A stretch of 64,000 bases of DNA from Octopus vulgaris (GCA_951406725.2 OX597815.1:129952001-130016000); one strand, 5' to 3'; positions 1 through 13,014 are shown, counted from the first letter of the stretch. Numbers and translations are program-made. The notes: generated by a model from the letters alone, not told the origin.

Positions 1-195
1 AACCCCCAGGTCAACCAAAATCAAATAAATCTATAATCAAAAGAAATCAAGCTGCGACCATTCTATCATTTATTCGATGTTTCTGAGACTACTCTATCTC
101 CTATGTCCTTCCTATTTTAAAATTGTTCGCAGTAAATTGTAGTTAGACATCTGACTACTATTTTTAAAAGGTTGAGCAGCCACGTAGCAGTTCAC
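1..195 (+). repeat. Degenerate copy of an unclassified dispersed repeat (GACTAC...TGTCCTT...GGCTGCTATTTCTAG...CCACGTAGAG-type family)
   Basis: Similar by eye to segments at ~20500-20690, ~29140-29300, ~34055-34245 (+) and ~40360-40545, ~44390-44580 (-). Boundaries approximate. Confidence 0.45.
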
Positions 196-299
196 TCCTT
201 ACATATCAATATACTACTCATTTCTTGTTATATAATGCTACAGATAGCTTTTCAGAAGCCCTTTTCTTTCGCAGACCCAAATCTCTCACTTCTCAAGCT

Positions 300-778
300 A
301 CATCGTATTTAAACTTTGATAGATAGTATCTGTATGTAGGTTCTACTCTCCTCCGCCACTCAACTCTCTCTCTTAGATATCAGTAACAGAAACTTCCAGT
401 TACTCGAAGTCTTCCTTCATCCATATACATTTTCTTCTGCATACAGAAATCCTTCAGCCACCAACAACACTTCGTATACACCCCTTCTTTTCCTACACTC
501 AGACATACTCCAACCATCAACGTCTCTTCTTACATACGCTTTCCTCTTCTGCGCTCACCAATTCCAAAGCCACCGCAACTCTTCGTATCTTTTCTTTTAC
601 CTTTCACTCGTTTAAGTCATAAGACTACGGTCATGCTGGGGCACTGCCTCGGAGAATTTTTTTCTAAGCCTGGCATTTTTTCTATCGGTATCTTTTGCCA
701 AACAGCTAGATTATGAGGACGTAAACACATAAACACTGGTTGTCAAACGGCGAAGGGGGAAAAACAACACAAAGAACC

Positions 779-823
<45 letters not shown>

Positions 824-1600
824 CTTATGTAAAAATATTATTATTATTTACAGGATTACCAAATCCATTCACAAGGTTTTGGTTGGCCCGAGGCTATAGT
901 AGAAGACAGTTGCCTAAGGTGCCACGCAGCGGGACTGAACCATGAGCCATGGTTGGGAAGCAAACTTACCACACAGCCACGTTTGCATCTCTTCCTCTGC
1001 TTCACCCAGTAGTCTCCGTCTCCTTTCCCCAGTTACTGAAAGCACTACATTTACACCTCTTCTTTCATCAAGGACCACCTATCTTTGAAAATCTCAATGA
1101 CATCTTCATTCTCACACCAAACTCGTATAGATGAAACTGGTGTAGAAACTGAAACCTCTGCAATCCTCAACTCTGTACGTCAACGTGCTTCATCCCCCGC
1201 CCTACGTATTTCTGTACGACACACGGACGCTCCAAAAAACTTACCATCCCCACCTTTGCCAAACCAACACGAGGCTTCACAAGTTCTCTGCAAAGTATGT
1301 CGCATGCAACCTATCAAAAATAGACACTTCACTGAAACCATTCTCTTAGTCATTCTCCACCATATCCCTCTTGCAACCAACACTCACGGTCCTTGCCTCA
1401 TGAAGTGGTTCACATAAAGCCGTGTTACAGATGTTCAGGCAAAAATGCGACCTGCAATACTTGGGAAGCTGCGCTACATAACGAACAGTTTTTACTCAGC
1501 GCCAAACCTGCAGACTCGTTGATATGAAATCGTTCACAAGATAAATAACTTGGTTTAATCCCCCGTCCAATTTAGATGTCTTCTCAAATATAGCAAGGAA
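300..1600 (-). pseudogene. Highly decayed RTE-like LINE RT/C-terminal remnants, interrupted by a SINE at ~600-982
   Basis: Minus-strand fragments such as 'KKRR*WLEYV' (cf. RRLRWFGHV) near 500-540 and 'LAIFEKTSKLDGGLNQVIYL' near 1540-1600. Many stops and frameshifts. Confidence 0.35.
600..982 (-). mobile_element. tRNA-derived SINE family A (head, internal (TA)n, CR1-like tail)
   Basis: Reverse complement matches the copies at 4843-5215 and 39722-40230: head GTGGCTGTGTGGTAAG...GGTTCAGTCCC and tail GGCAGTGCCCCAGCATGACCGTAGTC. Confidence 0.85.
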
Positions 1601-2399
1601 CTCTACTAGTACACACATATACACCCATGCATACACACATACGCATAAACTCTTCAATGTCAGCCTAGTCTTCTGTGACATATTATGGTCAACTAAAAAG
1701 GTCTAATGTACGTGACGAAAAAACACACCTGACAATCACAGGACATTCGTGATGTTATATAACAGACATCCCATTTGCTTTTGAAACAATTGTAGTTCTC
1801 AACGAACTTTTCTATCGCATATATTTACACATTTGATTATTGCATTATAATCAACCTTTGTTGTTTTTGAAATGAAGTTGTATAGTACCTGCCCTCTTAT
1901 CTGAATTTTCTATCTAATCTCGATATAAGACGAACTGTAATGCACTTATTAATAAATTTATTGGTCAGTTATCGAGTCATCTGTGTTCCCTATACAAGCC
2001 ATTTATATGCTAGAGACTGATAACCTTAATCACTCAAATCATCCTTTTACGTTTTCTCCCCACACTCTCTATATTTTATGTACACACACACGCGCGCGCA
2101 CACACACACATACATACACACACGTACACACGAGAGAGTGAACAAGCGAACGGAAGTAGCACTCAGCACGTAGTTGGAGATGCCTTTATTGACGAGTTGA
2201 CTTGAATTTTGGTGGATTGAGATTGTTGAGACGAAATACAGAAAGACACTTAGTACATAACCACAATTAACTCTCTCAATATCTTTCATGAACTGTTTCT
2301 TTAAAAGGGAGGAAACGTAGTTTCTCTTAACTTTGAATGTTTTCCCGGACACGTGAGCTAGAAGCGACAGTTATCCACCACAAGCATCAATCTTATTCC

Positions 2400-3385
2400 G
2401 CCTTTTAAAAATTTCTAAAGCGGAACACGACAACTTTCGAGCATCTCAGAGGCTAGAGTGGCTCTGAAAATTTAAAGGGACTCTGAAGTTTATCTTTGTG
2501 TGTGAAAGACCTATCAGATATTGAAGAACCTCTTCTTGATTCTCAGAACTTCGGACAGTTGTACTGGTTGAAAAGCCTCTTTCATAGAATATGTTTGCTG
2601 CTCAATGGTCAATAGAAAAAGGAGGGTGAGGAAAGAATAGAAGTAGCTAGTTCGAATGTACTAAACAAAGTGAGTTGCTCTAAAAATACAAGGACCATAC
2701 AGATATGTTAAACCGGGTGGGATGTTAAGATTACAGCCCCGTTAATATCTGGATAATTTCTTTGATTGGTGTATGTCCTAATATTCTGGAGGCGGGAAGA
2801 AGTTTTGTAAAAATTGAATGAATTAATCTCAATATTTTCGAGGTATTTGTTTTTGTTGACATCTGCTGAATGAAATGCAAAGTGTTCTGTGGTTCCCGAT
2901 GGGGCTTGAACTCAGAACATGAGGGAAACAAAATAAATACGAGACACAGAATCACCTTTGTATCAATATCATAAATTATAGGTAAAAAACAGAAACACAA
3001 GGGAAAAGTAGATATAAAGAATAAAATTGACCAAACTTCTTTATCTGATCTATCAAATTCGATATTAACATCTGCCCACTTCTTCTCTATATTGATCACC
3101 AATATAGCAAAAAAGAAAGTCTTCTCCAGACACACTTGTTTTTCAAACTCCATAGAAGTTCAATCGGACACATGCCATTCTACCTGGTTTCCTGAACAGC
3201 GAGAAATGACAGTAAAATTTTTCTCAAAGCACGCTACTTTCTTAAAGATGAGATGCATTAAATCAGGATTGGAGAACCACAGTGCTTGTGTTGAAATATC
3301 AGCATATTTAAATTCAAAACATGCCGTTGTCAGTGTCTCTCAAATGTTACATGAAATCCTTAAGACGAACAGCTATTTAATCTAA
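2400..3385 (-). pseudogene. Decayed Penelope-like element (RT C-terminus, linker, GIY-YIG remnants)
   Basis: Frame-broken minus-strand peptides (e.g. 'KILRLIHSIFTKLLPASRILGHTPI', 'RGFSTSTTVRSSENQEEVLQYL') in the order expected for PLE RT-thumb, zinc linker and GIY-YIG. Weak similarity. Confidence 0.4.
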
Positions 3386-3386
3386 G

Positions 3387-3454
<68 letters not shown>

Positions 3455-3682
3455 TGTAATTCGGTATCCATTTGTACTTTGAACAGCCAACGAAGGGTTG
3501 CAGATAACTACAATAATAAAACGTACGTCAGGAACAAAGGATATAAACTTGTGTTTATCACAATACACTTTCTCTCTATTACACACGCACACACACACAT
3601 ACAAAATGTAACCACATGGGAATCGTTGGCGATTTTATTCCTCTGTTCGCGATTTTCTTCCTTTCTATTGGACTTCCCTCTA

Positions 3683-3715
3683 TTTCTGAAGAAGAGCGTT
3701 GCTCGAAACGTTAAA
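3683..3715 (+). ncRNA. Minimal type-I hammerhead ribozyme-like motif (C3-G8 core) in a Penelope pLTR-like remnant
   Basis: ttt CTGAAGA a GAGC gtt GCTC GAAA cg TT aaa. Canonical CUGANGA core, 4-bp stem II, GAAA, palindromic AACGUU stem III, GUU triplet, 3-bp stem I. Confidence 0.6.
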
Positions 3716-3812
3716 CCATCTTTCCTTCCCTAAGCGTTTGCTAATACTTTACATGTACCACGTCCTCGCGTTGTTGTTCTTTTTGTGTTTGTTTTTCTTT
3801 TTGGGGGATTTG

Positions 3813-3859
<47 letters not shown>

Positions 3860-4604
3860 TACATAAACACATACATACATACATACATATATATATATAT
3901 ATATGTATATATAATCGATGATGCTTTGTTGTTCTCAGCGCAGATTCTCACCTACAGCTTCTTAATCACACACAATTAAACCTAATTCTAAAACGTTTAT
4001 GCACGCCTATATTACGTAACAAAGTTTTACATAGCCTCCTCTCCCAAATACCTAATAATCTTGACTTGAATGCATTTGTGCTCTAGTTTTGTTGATTCAA
4101 AACTCACCACCGGTAAAACAACTCAAAAACACAGACATCTCTAAAATATTCAAGTGGATATCGAACACAGTGTGAACATATTCCGCTTGTGTTTGTTTTA
4201 CTTAATCTATTAAAACCAAACTGACTTGTATCGATAACTCACCCAGTTCACTTCATTACTTTCAGAAGCCGTGCAGAGAGATCAATAATATAGAGTACTA
4301 AAACTATTAATAAACACATGTATATACATTATTCTTTATTTATATAGGACCATGTAGGTATTTGAATATTCACTAAAGTGATCTTTAACAGTTTGGTCGA
4401 CAACACAGCCCATCCCTGTCGGTTAGTTCGTGTAAATATTGGAAAGAAAAAAAGAAACATGATTGTATGTGTGTTGGTCACATATATGTGTGTGCGTATT
4501 TATGTGTCTGTATGTATGTATATGCGTGTGTGTATGTGAGTATATATATATATATATATATATATACATACACACACGCATATACATAATATAGGCATAT
4601 ATGC

Positions 4605-4650
<46 letters not shown>

Positions 4651-4842
4651 TGTATGTATGTATTCATATATATGGGTGTGTGGCAAGAAGTTTACTTCCC
4701 AACCACATGGTTCCTGGTTCAGTCCCGCGGCGTCGAACTTTGGGCAAATGCCTTTTGCTGTAATCTTGGGCCGACCAAAGCCTTGTAGGTGAATTTTGTA
4801 GACGAAAACTGAAAGAAGCCCGTCGTATATATATGTATATAT

Positions 4843-5215
4843 AGGCGCAGGAGTGGCTGTGTGGTAAGTAGCTTGTTTACCAGCCACATGGTTCTGGGTT
4901 CAGTCCCACTGCGTGGCACCTTGGGCAAGTGTCTTCTACTATAGCCTCGGGCCGACCAAAGCCTTGTGAGTGAATTTGGTAGACGGAAACTGATAGAAGC
5001 CCGTCGTATATATATATGCGTGTGTGTGTTTGTGTGTCTGTGTTTGTCCCCCTAGCATTGCTTGTTTATGTCCCCGTAAATTAGCGGTTCGGCAAAAGAG
5101 ACCGATAGAATAAGTACTGGGCTTACAAAAGAATAAGTCCCGGGGTCGAGTTGCTCGATTAAAGGCGGTGCTCCAGCATGGCCACAGTCAAATGACTGAA
5201 ACAAATAAAAGAGTG
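4843..5215 (+). mobile_element. Complete tRNA-derived SINE family A
   Basis: GGCGCAGGAGTGGCTGTGTGG (A box), GGTTCAGTCCC (B box), body, and tail GGCGGTGCTCCAGCATGGCCACAGTCAAATGACTGAAAC. Confidence 0.9.
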
Positions 5216-5251
5216 AAAAGAGAAAAGAGTATGTATATATATATATACACA

Positions 5252-5746
5252 CAGTCGTCCTCAAAATTATTCATACCCTTGTTAGTTTCTGTGATGAAAT
5301 GAATGCATTTTGTCAAGTTTGTTAATGAGTTATATGTGACCAACAAATGAAATTATGAAAATACACAATTCAAGAAATTCTTCATTTCTGGTGTGTTTTG
5401 GTCATGGATTAAAAAAAAAATGCCATGTTCAAAAGTATTCCTACCCTAGATTTACCGAGTCCAATATCTTTCTTTAATAGCATAGCCTTTCTTTAATAGC
5501 ATAGACCTTTGTTTTTTATGATTGCTTCTAGACGTTTCTTGTACGTGTTCACAAGCTTCATGCACATCTCCTGTGAGATGTTGGCCCACTCTTCCTTTCG
5601 AGAATTTCTTGAATTGTATATTGTTATACTTTCATTTGTTGGTCACATATAACACATAAACAAACTTGACAAAATGCATTCATTTCACTACAAAAATATA
5701 AATTCACAAGAATTAACAAGGGTATGAATAATTTTGAGGACGACTG
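5252..5746 (-). mobile_element. Internally deleted Tc1-family (IR/DR type) element
   Basis: TIRs CAGTCGTCCTCAAAATTATTCATACCCTTG / CAAGGGTATGAATAATTTTGAGGACGACTG extend imperfectly ~130 bp. TA follows the right end. Inner DR-like TCAAAAGTATTCCTACCCT at ~5429. Minus strand ~5495-5597 reads EEWANISQEMCMKLVNTYKKRLEAIIKNKG (Tc1 transposase C-terminus). Confidence 0.85.
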
Positions 5747-6405
5747 TATATATGCATATGCTTGTGTGTCTGTGTTTGTCCCTACCACCATCGCTTGACA
5801 ACCGATGTTGGTGTGTTTATGTCCCCGTAACTTTGTTGTTCGGCAAAATACGCCCATAAAATAAGTACTAGGCTTACAGAGAATAATTAATCCTGGGGTT
5901 GATTTCTTTGACTAAAGGTGGTGCTCCAGCATAGCCGCAGTCAAATGACTGATACAAATATATATATATATCATGGATAACAAAACGAATGGTTTACACC
6001 TGATAGCTTACTGGTAAAGCTCAGTCACATTCACAGCGACCGTTATGTATATGGCAAATGAAAGACGGAAGATAGATTCTACGGGAATATTTGCTAAGGG
6101 TTATGTTTTATACTTTTCTCGCTGGATTGCGTGTTCGTTTCTCTTTTTGCCATCTGTGATTTCATTTTTGATCTATATAAATGAAGATATTTCTTCCGTC
6201 TGGCTGCTTTTCTTTCTATAAAACATCTTGGAACAGTTATTGTAACGAATTGTATTTATTTATCACCCGACGAGATACATCTGCACCGCTGGATGTTCCT
6301 GAACCAGTTGTTGAGTGTCCCACCCTACGGTCGCAGACATAGCCATATCACTATGTGTGTGAGCGAGTGTGTGTAATGTATATATAATAATGATAATATT
6401 CCTTG

Positions 6406-6642
6406 GAATTTAAACATTCAATGCATCATTATGCGTGTTTCCACAAATCACATGTCTCTTAAGATCACAGTCTATATTTCTGGGGTGATTACAATGCAGT
6501 TCGTAGTATCTGTGGGCATCGGGCTGATGCCCACGGATACTACGAACTTCACTGTAATCATCTCAGGAATAGGGACTGTGATCCTAGAAGTCAAGTGATT
6601 TGTGGAAACGCGCGTAGTGATGCATTAAATGTTTATAAATTC
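6406..6642. repeat. ~235-bp fold-back palindrome with 5-nt loop
   Basis: Centre GTAGTATCTGTGGGCATC gggct GATGCCCACGGATACTAC. Arms pair imperfectly out to GAATTTAAACATTCAATGCATCA / TGATGCATTAAATGTTTATAAATTC. Confidence 0.85.
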
Positions 6643-6826
6643 AATCCTAGCATTATTGTTACTATTATATTTATTCCACATTATATCGGTACAACTGGAT
6701 GCTGTACCAGTCAACATCATTAGACTGTTGCTGGCATAAAAGAAGAGGAGCTTTATTTGCATATACAAAACGTTTCTCATAAATATATATATATATACAC
6801 ACACATACATACATACAGAGAGATAA

Positions 6827-6827
<1 letters not shown>

Positions 6828-6900
<73 letters not shown>
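6828..6900. repeat. (GATA)n-(GA)n microsatellite
   Basis: Directly visible. Confidence 0.95.
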
Positions 6901-6901
<1 letters not shown>

Positions 6902-7008
6902 AAGAGTTTTGCAGTGCGGGATAGAAAAGAAATAAATTAAAGAACATTAAACTGTTTTTGTATGAAATATTTTTGTTCACTTTCCAGGCTTCAGCATTCG
7001 ATGTATGT

Positions 7009-7051
<43 letters not shown>

Positions 7052-7478
7052 TAAGTAAGAGTATGTCTGTGTGCTTGAATATGTATACACGTGTTAATAT
7101 GAGTGTGTCTGTTTAATTGAGGACAGATCTTTTCAGATGGAGAATTATATTTTCAGAGCAAATTTCGAAGACACCAGAAGTGAAGAAGAAATAGAAAATG
7201 TTAAAACATTGTTACATCATAATGACTTATTAGTAATATATATATATATATATATATATGAAACCAAAGATGGCACGCTGCTTCCACTTGGAACCCATTA
7301 TTTGGCTATAATGAAAGTGAAAAAGTGGAAGAGTTCTGCTCCCGCCGAACCTCAACCCTTATGCTTTTAATATAAAGAATGATATAGGAAGTACCTACAT
7401 CAACAATTTGAGCGATCTATGCCAATTAAGAAGTTATGCCCGCTTTTGCATTACTTTAAATGTACTCCCTCATTTGTT

Positions 7479-7528
<50 letters not shown>

Positions 7529-7757
7529 GCGGCTATAATAATGCACACATATTTAATGTACACACACATGCATACATATCTATGCTATGTACCTGTCTAT
7601 ATATTTGTCTGTCTCTCTGTCTATCTATCTGTCTGTCTGTTTGTGTTTGCCTGTCTTTATTCGCATGTTTATGTGTGTGCGTGTGTATGAACAAAGAAAA
7701 ACCAGTATGTTATAGAAAGCAATAATAATGAAGAGAGAGATCATTAAATATAAAACA

Positions 7758-10589
7758 CTAGCAGTATAGCCCGGCGTTGCCCGAGATTAAGTTAGGATTA
7801 TTAAATCATCAAGCACTTTATTTCAAACCAAAATAAGTGACACCGACATCAAATTTGAGCGAAATCCGTTGAAATTGGTAAACGTTTGACTGATAATGGG
7901 TTTGCAGGCACTTTGATTGGGAAATCCCATAAGGAATCGGTTTATCAATTATTTCCACTCATCGATTGTTTTTTTTTTTGAGAACTTAAAGCATCCAGAG
8001 ATCCCATTAATCCTAAGTAATGCTGGCATCAAGTTTGAGCAAAATATGTGAAAATTGGTAAAAGTTATGGTTGAAAATGGGGTGTTGCCAATTTTAGTGG
8101 GAAATCCTATAAGGAATCGGTTTATCAATTTTTTAAAATCCTGATTGAAGGGAAAACCCCAAATGGATGCCTGCTACCGATAGTGTTTGGCCTTGGGATT
8201 TGTTGATGGACATGGCGAAGCACCAGCGATCTGCGGAAGTTAAACGGCATGTCTGACTCCTAGGGATAAAGCTGCATCCTTGAAATGAAAACATTTTCAC
8301 CCCTCCCGCACCCTGTAACAATGGTGGCCTCAATGAAGTGGGGCGTCAGGGACTTGATTACTAAGCGGGTCCTGTTGCACTGTTTAGGCAGAAGCAAGTT
8401 TCTGATTAGCATAATTGGACATCCAACTCTTAGCCTAAGAATGTGAGGTGGAAGCCCTGCTGGCTCCAGTGAGTTGAGAAACTCGATAGGGTAACTGACA
8501 ATGTCAGAGGTCCGGTCAATCGATTTGTAAATGCGCCCCTCACCCGGAATTCGGCTTATGAGCTGGTCTTTGATAGCACTGATAGCTACGTTTTTGGGGC
8601 CCAGGATGGTTCTTTCACTGAGCCAATTGATGTCTGCATAGTTACTTTCCAGATTGGAGAACACTGTTTCCAAAAGATCGGAAGGGTTGTCCACGGTGTT
8701 GCACACTTCAGAGATGGATATGTCGCCCCTATCATTCGTAGGGACCTTGCCTTCTCCAAGGGCTAAATGCTGCAGACATGCTATCACCAAGCAAGTGCGC
8801 ACGCATGTTTCTGCTTAGGCTTAAGGTCTTAACCTGGAACCACAACGTGGATGACTTAAGGCATGCGCGCACTTCATCAGCCCGGCTCCCTTTAGGGATG
8901 ACAGGAAGGGTTTGCCGGAAATCTCCTGAAAGCAATAGAGCTACACTACCCATAGAAGCCGTAAAATCCCTGATACCTTTCAGTGACCGGTCCAGTGCCT
9001 GAAGAGCACCCTTATTGGTCATTGGGCATTCGTCCCATACAATGAGATGGCACTAAAAACTTCAGCTTCCTCTGAATTTTTTTCCAACGATGCAAGTAGG
9101 AACCTCGGCCCTCACTAAATCTAAAGGCAGCTTGAATGCCGAGTGCGCCGTCCTACCTTCCGGCAATAATGTAGCAGCGATTCTCGAAGAAGCAACGGCT
9201 AGCGCAATTTGTTTCTCGCAACGAATCTTAGCAAGTATTAATTGTGTTACAAAGGATTCACCGGCACCTCCAGGAGAATCGAGGAAGAAAACACCGCCCG
9301 CCTGCTTTTCAACGGCACTGACGACAGTTTCGTAAACCAGGCTCTGATCGGGGAGCAATTTCGGTTCATTTATTCTCAGGTACTCCGCAAGGCCATCAGC
9401 GTCATATGACAACTCCAGAAGTACTTTGGTGGAAGTGTGTTCACGTCCTGTCGCAAAGAGGATGGCAAACCGAATGTGTTCAACGCCGTCCCACCCATTT
9501 TGAGCAGGACATCCTCGATTTCAATCAGCGCATTATTGTAGATCAGGTCATTGTATCCAATGTCAGCATTAGGGCACTGTTGCTTTGCCAGTCATCATTT
9601 GCCTTGACCACCGAGAAAGCAAAATTGCGTACTGAAAATTTCATAAACAGAAATGACTGGAACAAACGTTGGTAAATTTTTAGATTAACACTCGCACGAT
9701 TTTGAAAACATTTTTTTACCATGAAAAACTCCAGGCAAATTTTTAGATAACACTCGCACGATTTTCACTAAGAAAAAAAAATCGGATTTTTTGCGTGTAA
9801 TCAACTACCCTGGCCTCCTAATATGCTACAAAACCCTTTTTGTGGTCCGAGAAACGGGGTGGGGTGTGGTGGAAGCCTCGGAAATTTTACCCATTTATAT
9901 TGTGTAATTCACTGACAAATTGTTACCTACATCTTTGTTTCTTTGTTGTTAATAAATGGTTTTTCAACAAAACACTTTTTTCCTCGGCGTAAAATAAAAA
10001 CAAAACTCATTCGCGCCCAAAGTAATGTGTGTGTGAGAGAGAGGTGGGGGTACAAAGATGAACGATTTAAAATAGATAAATAAGTGATTTAAAATAAATA
10101 TATTTTAATTGTGTGAGAAAGTATATATAATCTCTATATTCTGATTATAAAATATAGTGTCTTTCAAAAACATCCTAAATTTGAAGACTATATCTCGTGT
10201 TTAAGAAAAAAACATTTTACATTTTTATTTTTGGTGAACGCTGTCACTTACCCTCTCTCCCTCACATACACTTTGTCTTTACTTTTTTGCTAGACGCTGT
10301 CAAATCCTCTCCCTCACACACACACTCACACATACATCAACACACAACTCCTCTCTCTTCCTCACACACACACACACATTTTCATTTTGCCTTGGCAAGA
10401 AGGGACTTAACTCATGTTAGCAAACTTCAAAATTGGTAAAAGTTATGGTTGAAAATCGATTTTTACCTCTATACGCGGGTGCCTCGGGAAAAATAATTTG
10501 ACGAAAATACAGCTAGGGTTGTGACGAATGTCCTCCAAAAACTGGAGCGACATGCGTGCTAATTTGTGGACGTGCATAAATTACAATCA

Positions 10590-10623
<34 letters not shown>

Positions 10624-10643
10624 ACCTTTTATAGATATACAGA
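7758..10643 (-). mobile_element. Helitron, internally deleted, with both termini
   Basis: Minus strand begins A|TCTGTATATCTATAAAAGG (10643) and ends CGGGCAACGCCGGGCTATACTGCTAG|T (7758). This gives 5' TC, a GC-rich subterminal hairpin, 3' CTAG, an AT target and no TSD. Carries PIF1 helicase remnants. Confidence 0.9.
8160..9600 (-). pseudogene. Helitron RepHel PIF1-type helicase domain, frameshifted
   Basis: Motifs FFLDSPGGAGESF (decayed Walker A), AVASSRIAATLLPEGRTAHSAFKLPL, LLSGDFRQTLPVI, NMRAHL, PIEFLNSLEPAGLPPHILRLRVGCPIMLIRNL and FAMSINKSQGQTL across ORFs 9062-9412, 8732-9022, 8260-8802 and 8133-8333. Confidence 0.92.
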
Positions 10644-11703
10644 TAACAATAAAGGAGGTATTGTAATGTTATCCTAGTAATATTTGATTAGTCGTGATAC
10701 TTAATTAATACCGATACAATGGCTTTAAAAAAATACATTGTGTTAGCGTGTCAAACTCGTTGTCATATTACAATTATCACATATGTTGGAGGTATAGATT
10801 TTGGATTTGTGGGTTGTGTTATGAGAACTATCAATATCCTGATGGCGTGACATGTGTTTGAGGAGGAATTCGGTCAGTATGATACATATTGTTTATAGTA
10901 GCAATTGATATTCATTCAGGTTAATATTTAGATGTTGTCTTTGATTAGAATAGTTTCTTTTATCCACAAGTTACCAACATTACGGTCTGAGGCTTTGACG
11001 GTAACAAAGATATTATCGTATCCATGCATTTTATAAAAGTATTTTCTTTATATGCAACGGGTATGTGTAGAAATGCGCTTTGATTTGGACTTATAATGGA
11101 TGAATAGTATTGCAGTTGTAACAGTCGTTGCATTTGGTGTCCTCTATACATGATTTAAAATGGACAAACTTTAAGGAGTATGCTTCTCCTCTATCACAAT
11201 GAACTGAATATTGATTGCTCTATAATGACGACGCATAAAGGTAGAAATGAATTGTTTATAGATATGAGTCATACAAAATATTAAATGAATTTACATTTAA
11301 TAATATGCGCATAAAAATTTTAGCCACTTCAGTGGAAAAACCTATTTCCCTCTTCTAAAGAATGGCTACTCAATAAGCAAAGAATAACCTATAAGAAATT
11401 AAAAAGGTCCCTCGATACATGTATATATCCATATATACGTATGTATATGCTTATATGCACAAATATTTATATATATATATATCTATATGTATATACGGCA
11501 GCTGATGATATGCTGTTCCTTGTTTATGTAGTGTGTCTCGTGCTTTCATAGTTGTCTCTGATTGTTGCCACGGTAGAATATTGTTAAAGAACTATCTCCC
11601 CAGAAACCCTAGAATAATACGCCTGCTGAATTAACTTAGAGACTTACAATCTACTGCAGTACACACACACTCACACAAAAACTTATATATATATATATAT
11701 ATA

Positions 11704-12333
11704 TATATTAATTATAATAAAGGGTTAATTGCAACAAGTTGCTCAAAACCACATACCGAAAATATTAGAAATGGCAGCCAAATAGGTCACCATTTCTCCT
11801 ACTAGTAAAAAAGTCTCCACAAACAAACATAATTTGCAACCCGTATATGGTAAGGAGAAAGAAAATAACGAAATCCCAGCCTATTTGGATTAATTATAGA
11901 CGAAATCGTTTCTGGATTAGAACCAGAGGTTCATTTCCTTGTCAATATAATATTTCCAATAAATCTAGAAATGCTAGGGAAAAAACTCACCCACTACATC
12001 GGCTCGATCAGGCGTCATCGAACGATCTAATGGTCTGCCAGCATCTCTACATTTATATAGACAGGCGAATTCGTATCTCCCTCCAAAATTACCACGTGAG
12101 TTGCAAAAACATTATCAACGAAACGAAGTTTCGCAGATTTATTGTATGGGAGTAATAGCGTACAATATACAAAAAGGGGGAAATATAATTAATTTAATAA
12201 AATTAATAAATTTCACCTAGTAGTTTTATCGGTATGGAAAAGAGCGTATTTGGTAAGGATTATATTAATTATAATAAAGGGTTAATTGCAACAAGTTGCT
12301 CAAAACCACATCCCGATAATTATAACCCTTTAT

Positions 12334-12340
<7 letters not shown>
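11704..12340 (-). mobile_element. Non-autonomous Penelope-terminus-like element with ~53-bp direct repeats and a terminal fold-back
   Basis: TATATTAATTATAATAAAGGGTTAATTGCAACAAGTTGCTCAAAACCACAT occurs at ~11704 and ~12261. The second copy is followed by its partial inverse AACCCTTTATTATA. Contains a hammerhead-like fold. Segment ~12175-12260 resembles ~55760-55850. Confidence 0.55.
11893..11951 (-). ncRNA. Type-I hammerhead ribozyme-like motif with U3-A8 core
   Basis: Minus: attata TTGACAA gga aat gaacc tct ggttc taa tcc a GAAA cga tt tcg TC tataat. 6-bp stem I, bipartite stem II, ACGA/UCGU stem III, GUC triplet. Confidence 0.6.

Positions 12341-12999
<659 letters not shown>

Positions 13000-13014
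<15 letters not shown>

Larger units (their letters stand above)
4672..5960 (+). mobile_element. Outer SINE family A copy split in its internal microsatellite (head 4672-4826, tail ~5755-5960)
   Basis: The head and tail halves flank an inserted complete SINE and a Tc1 derivative. Confidence 0.75.

Noticed and set aside
4843-4920. tRNA gene at SINE heads (also 39722, 52826, 57852)
   Set aside because: A/B boxes are present but there is no complete cloverleaf, and the heads continue into shared SINE bodies.
7137-7460. Exon after TTTTCAG acceptor, or Kolobok-like transposon end
   Set aside because: The ORF is interrupted by (TA)n, has no recognisable domain, and no matching opposite terminus was found.
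8133-9412. Host PIF1 helicase gene
   Set aside because: Intronless, frameshifted, Walker A decayed and bounded by Helitron termini.
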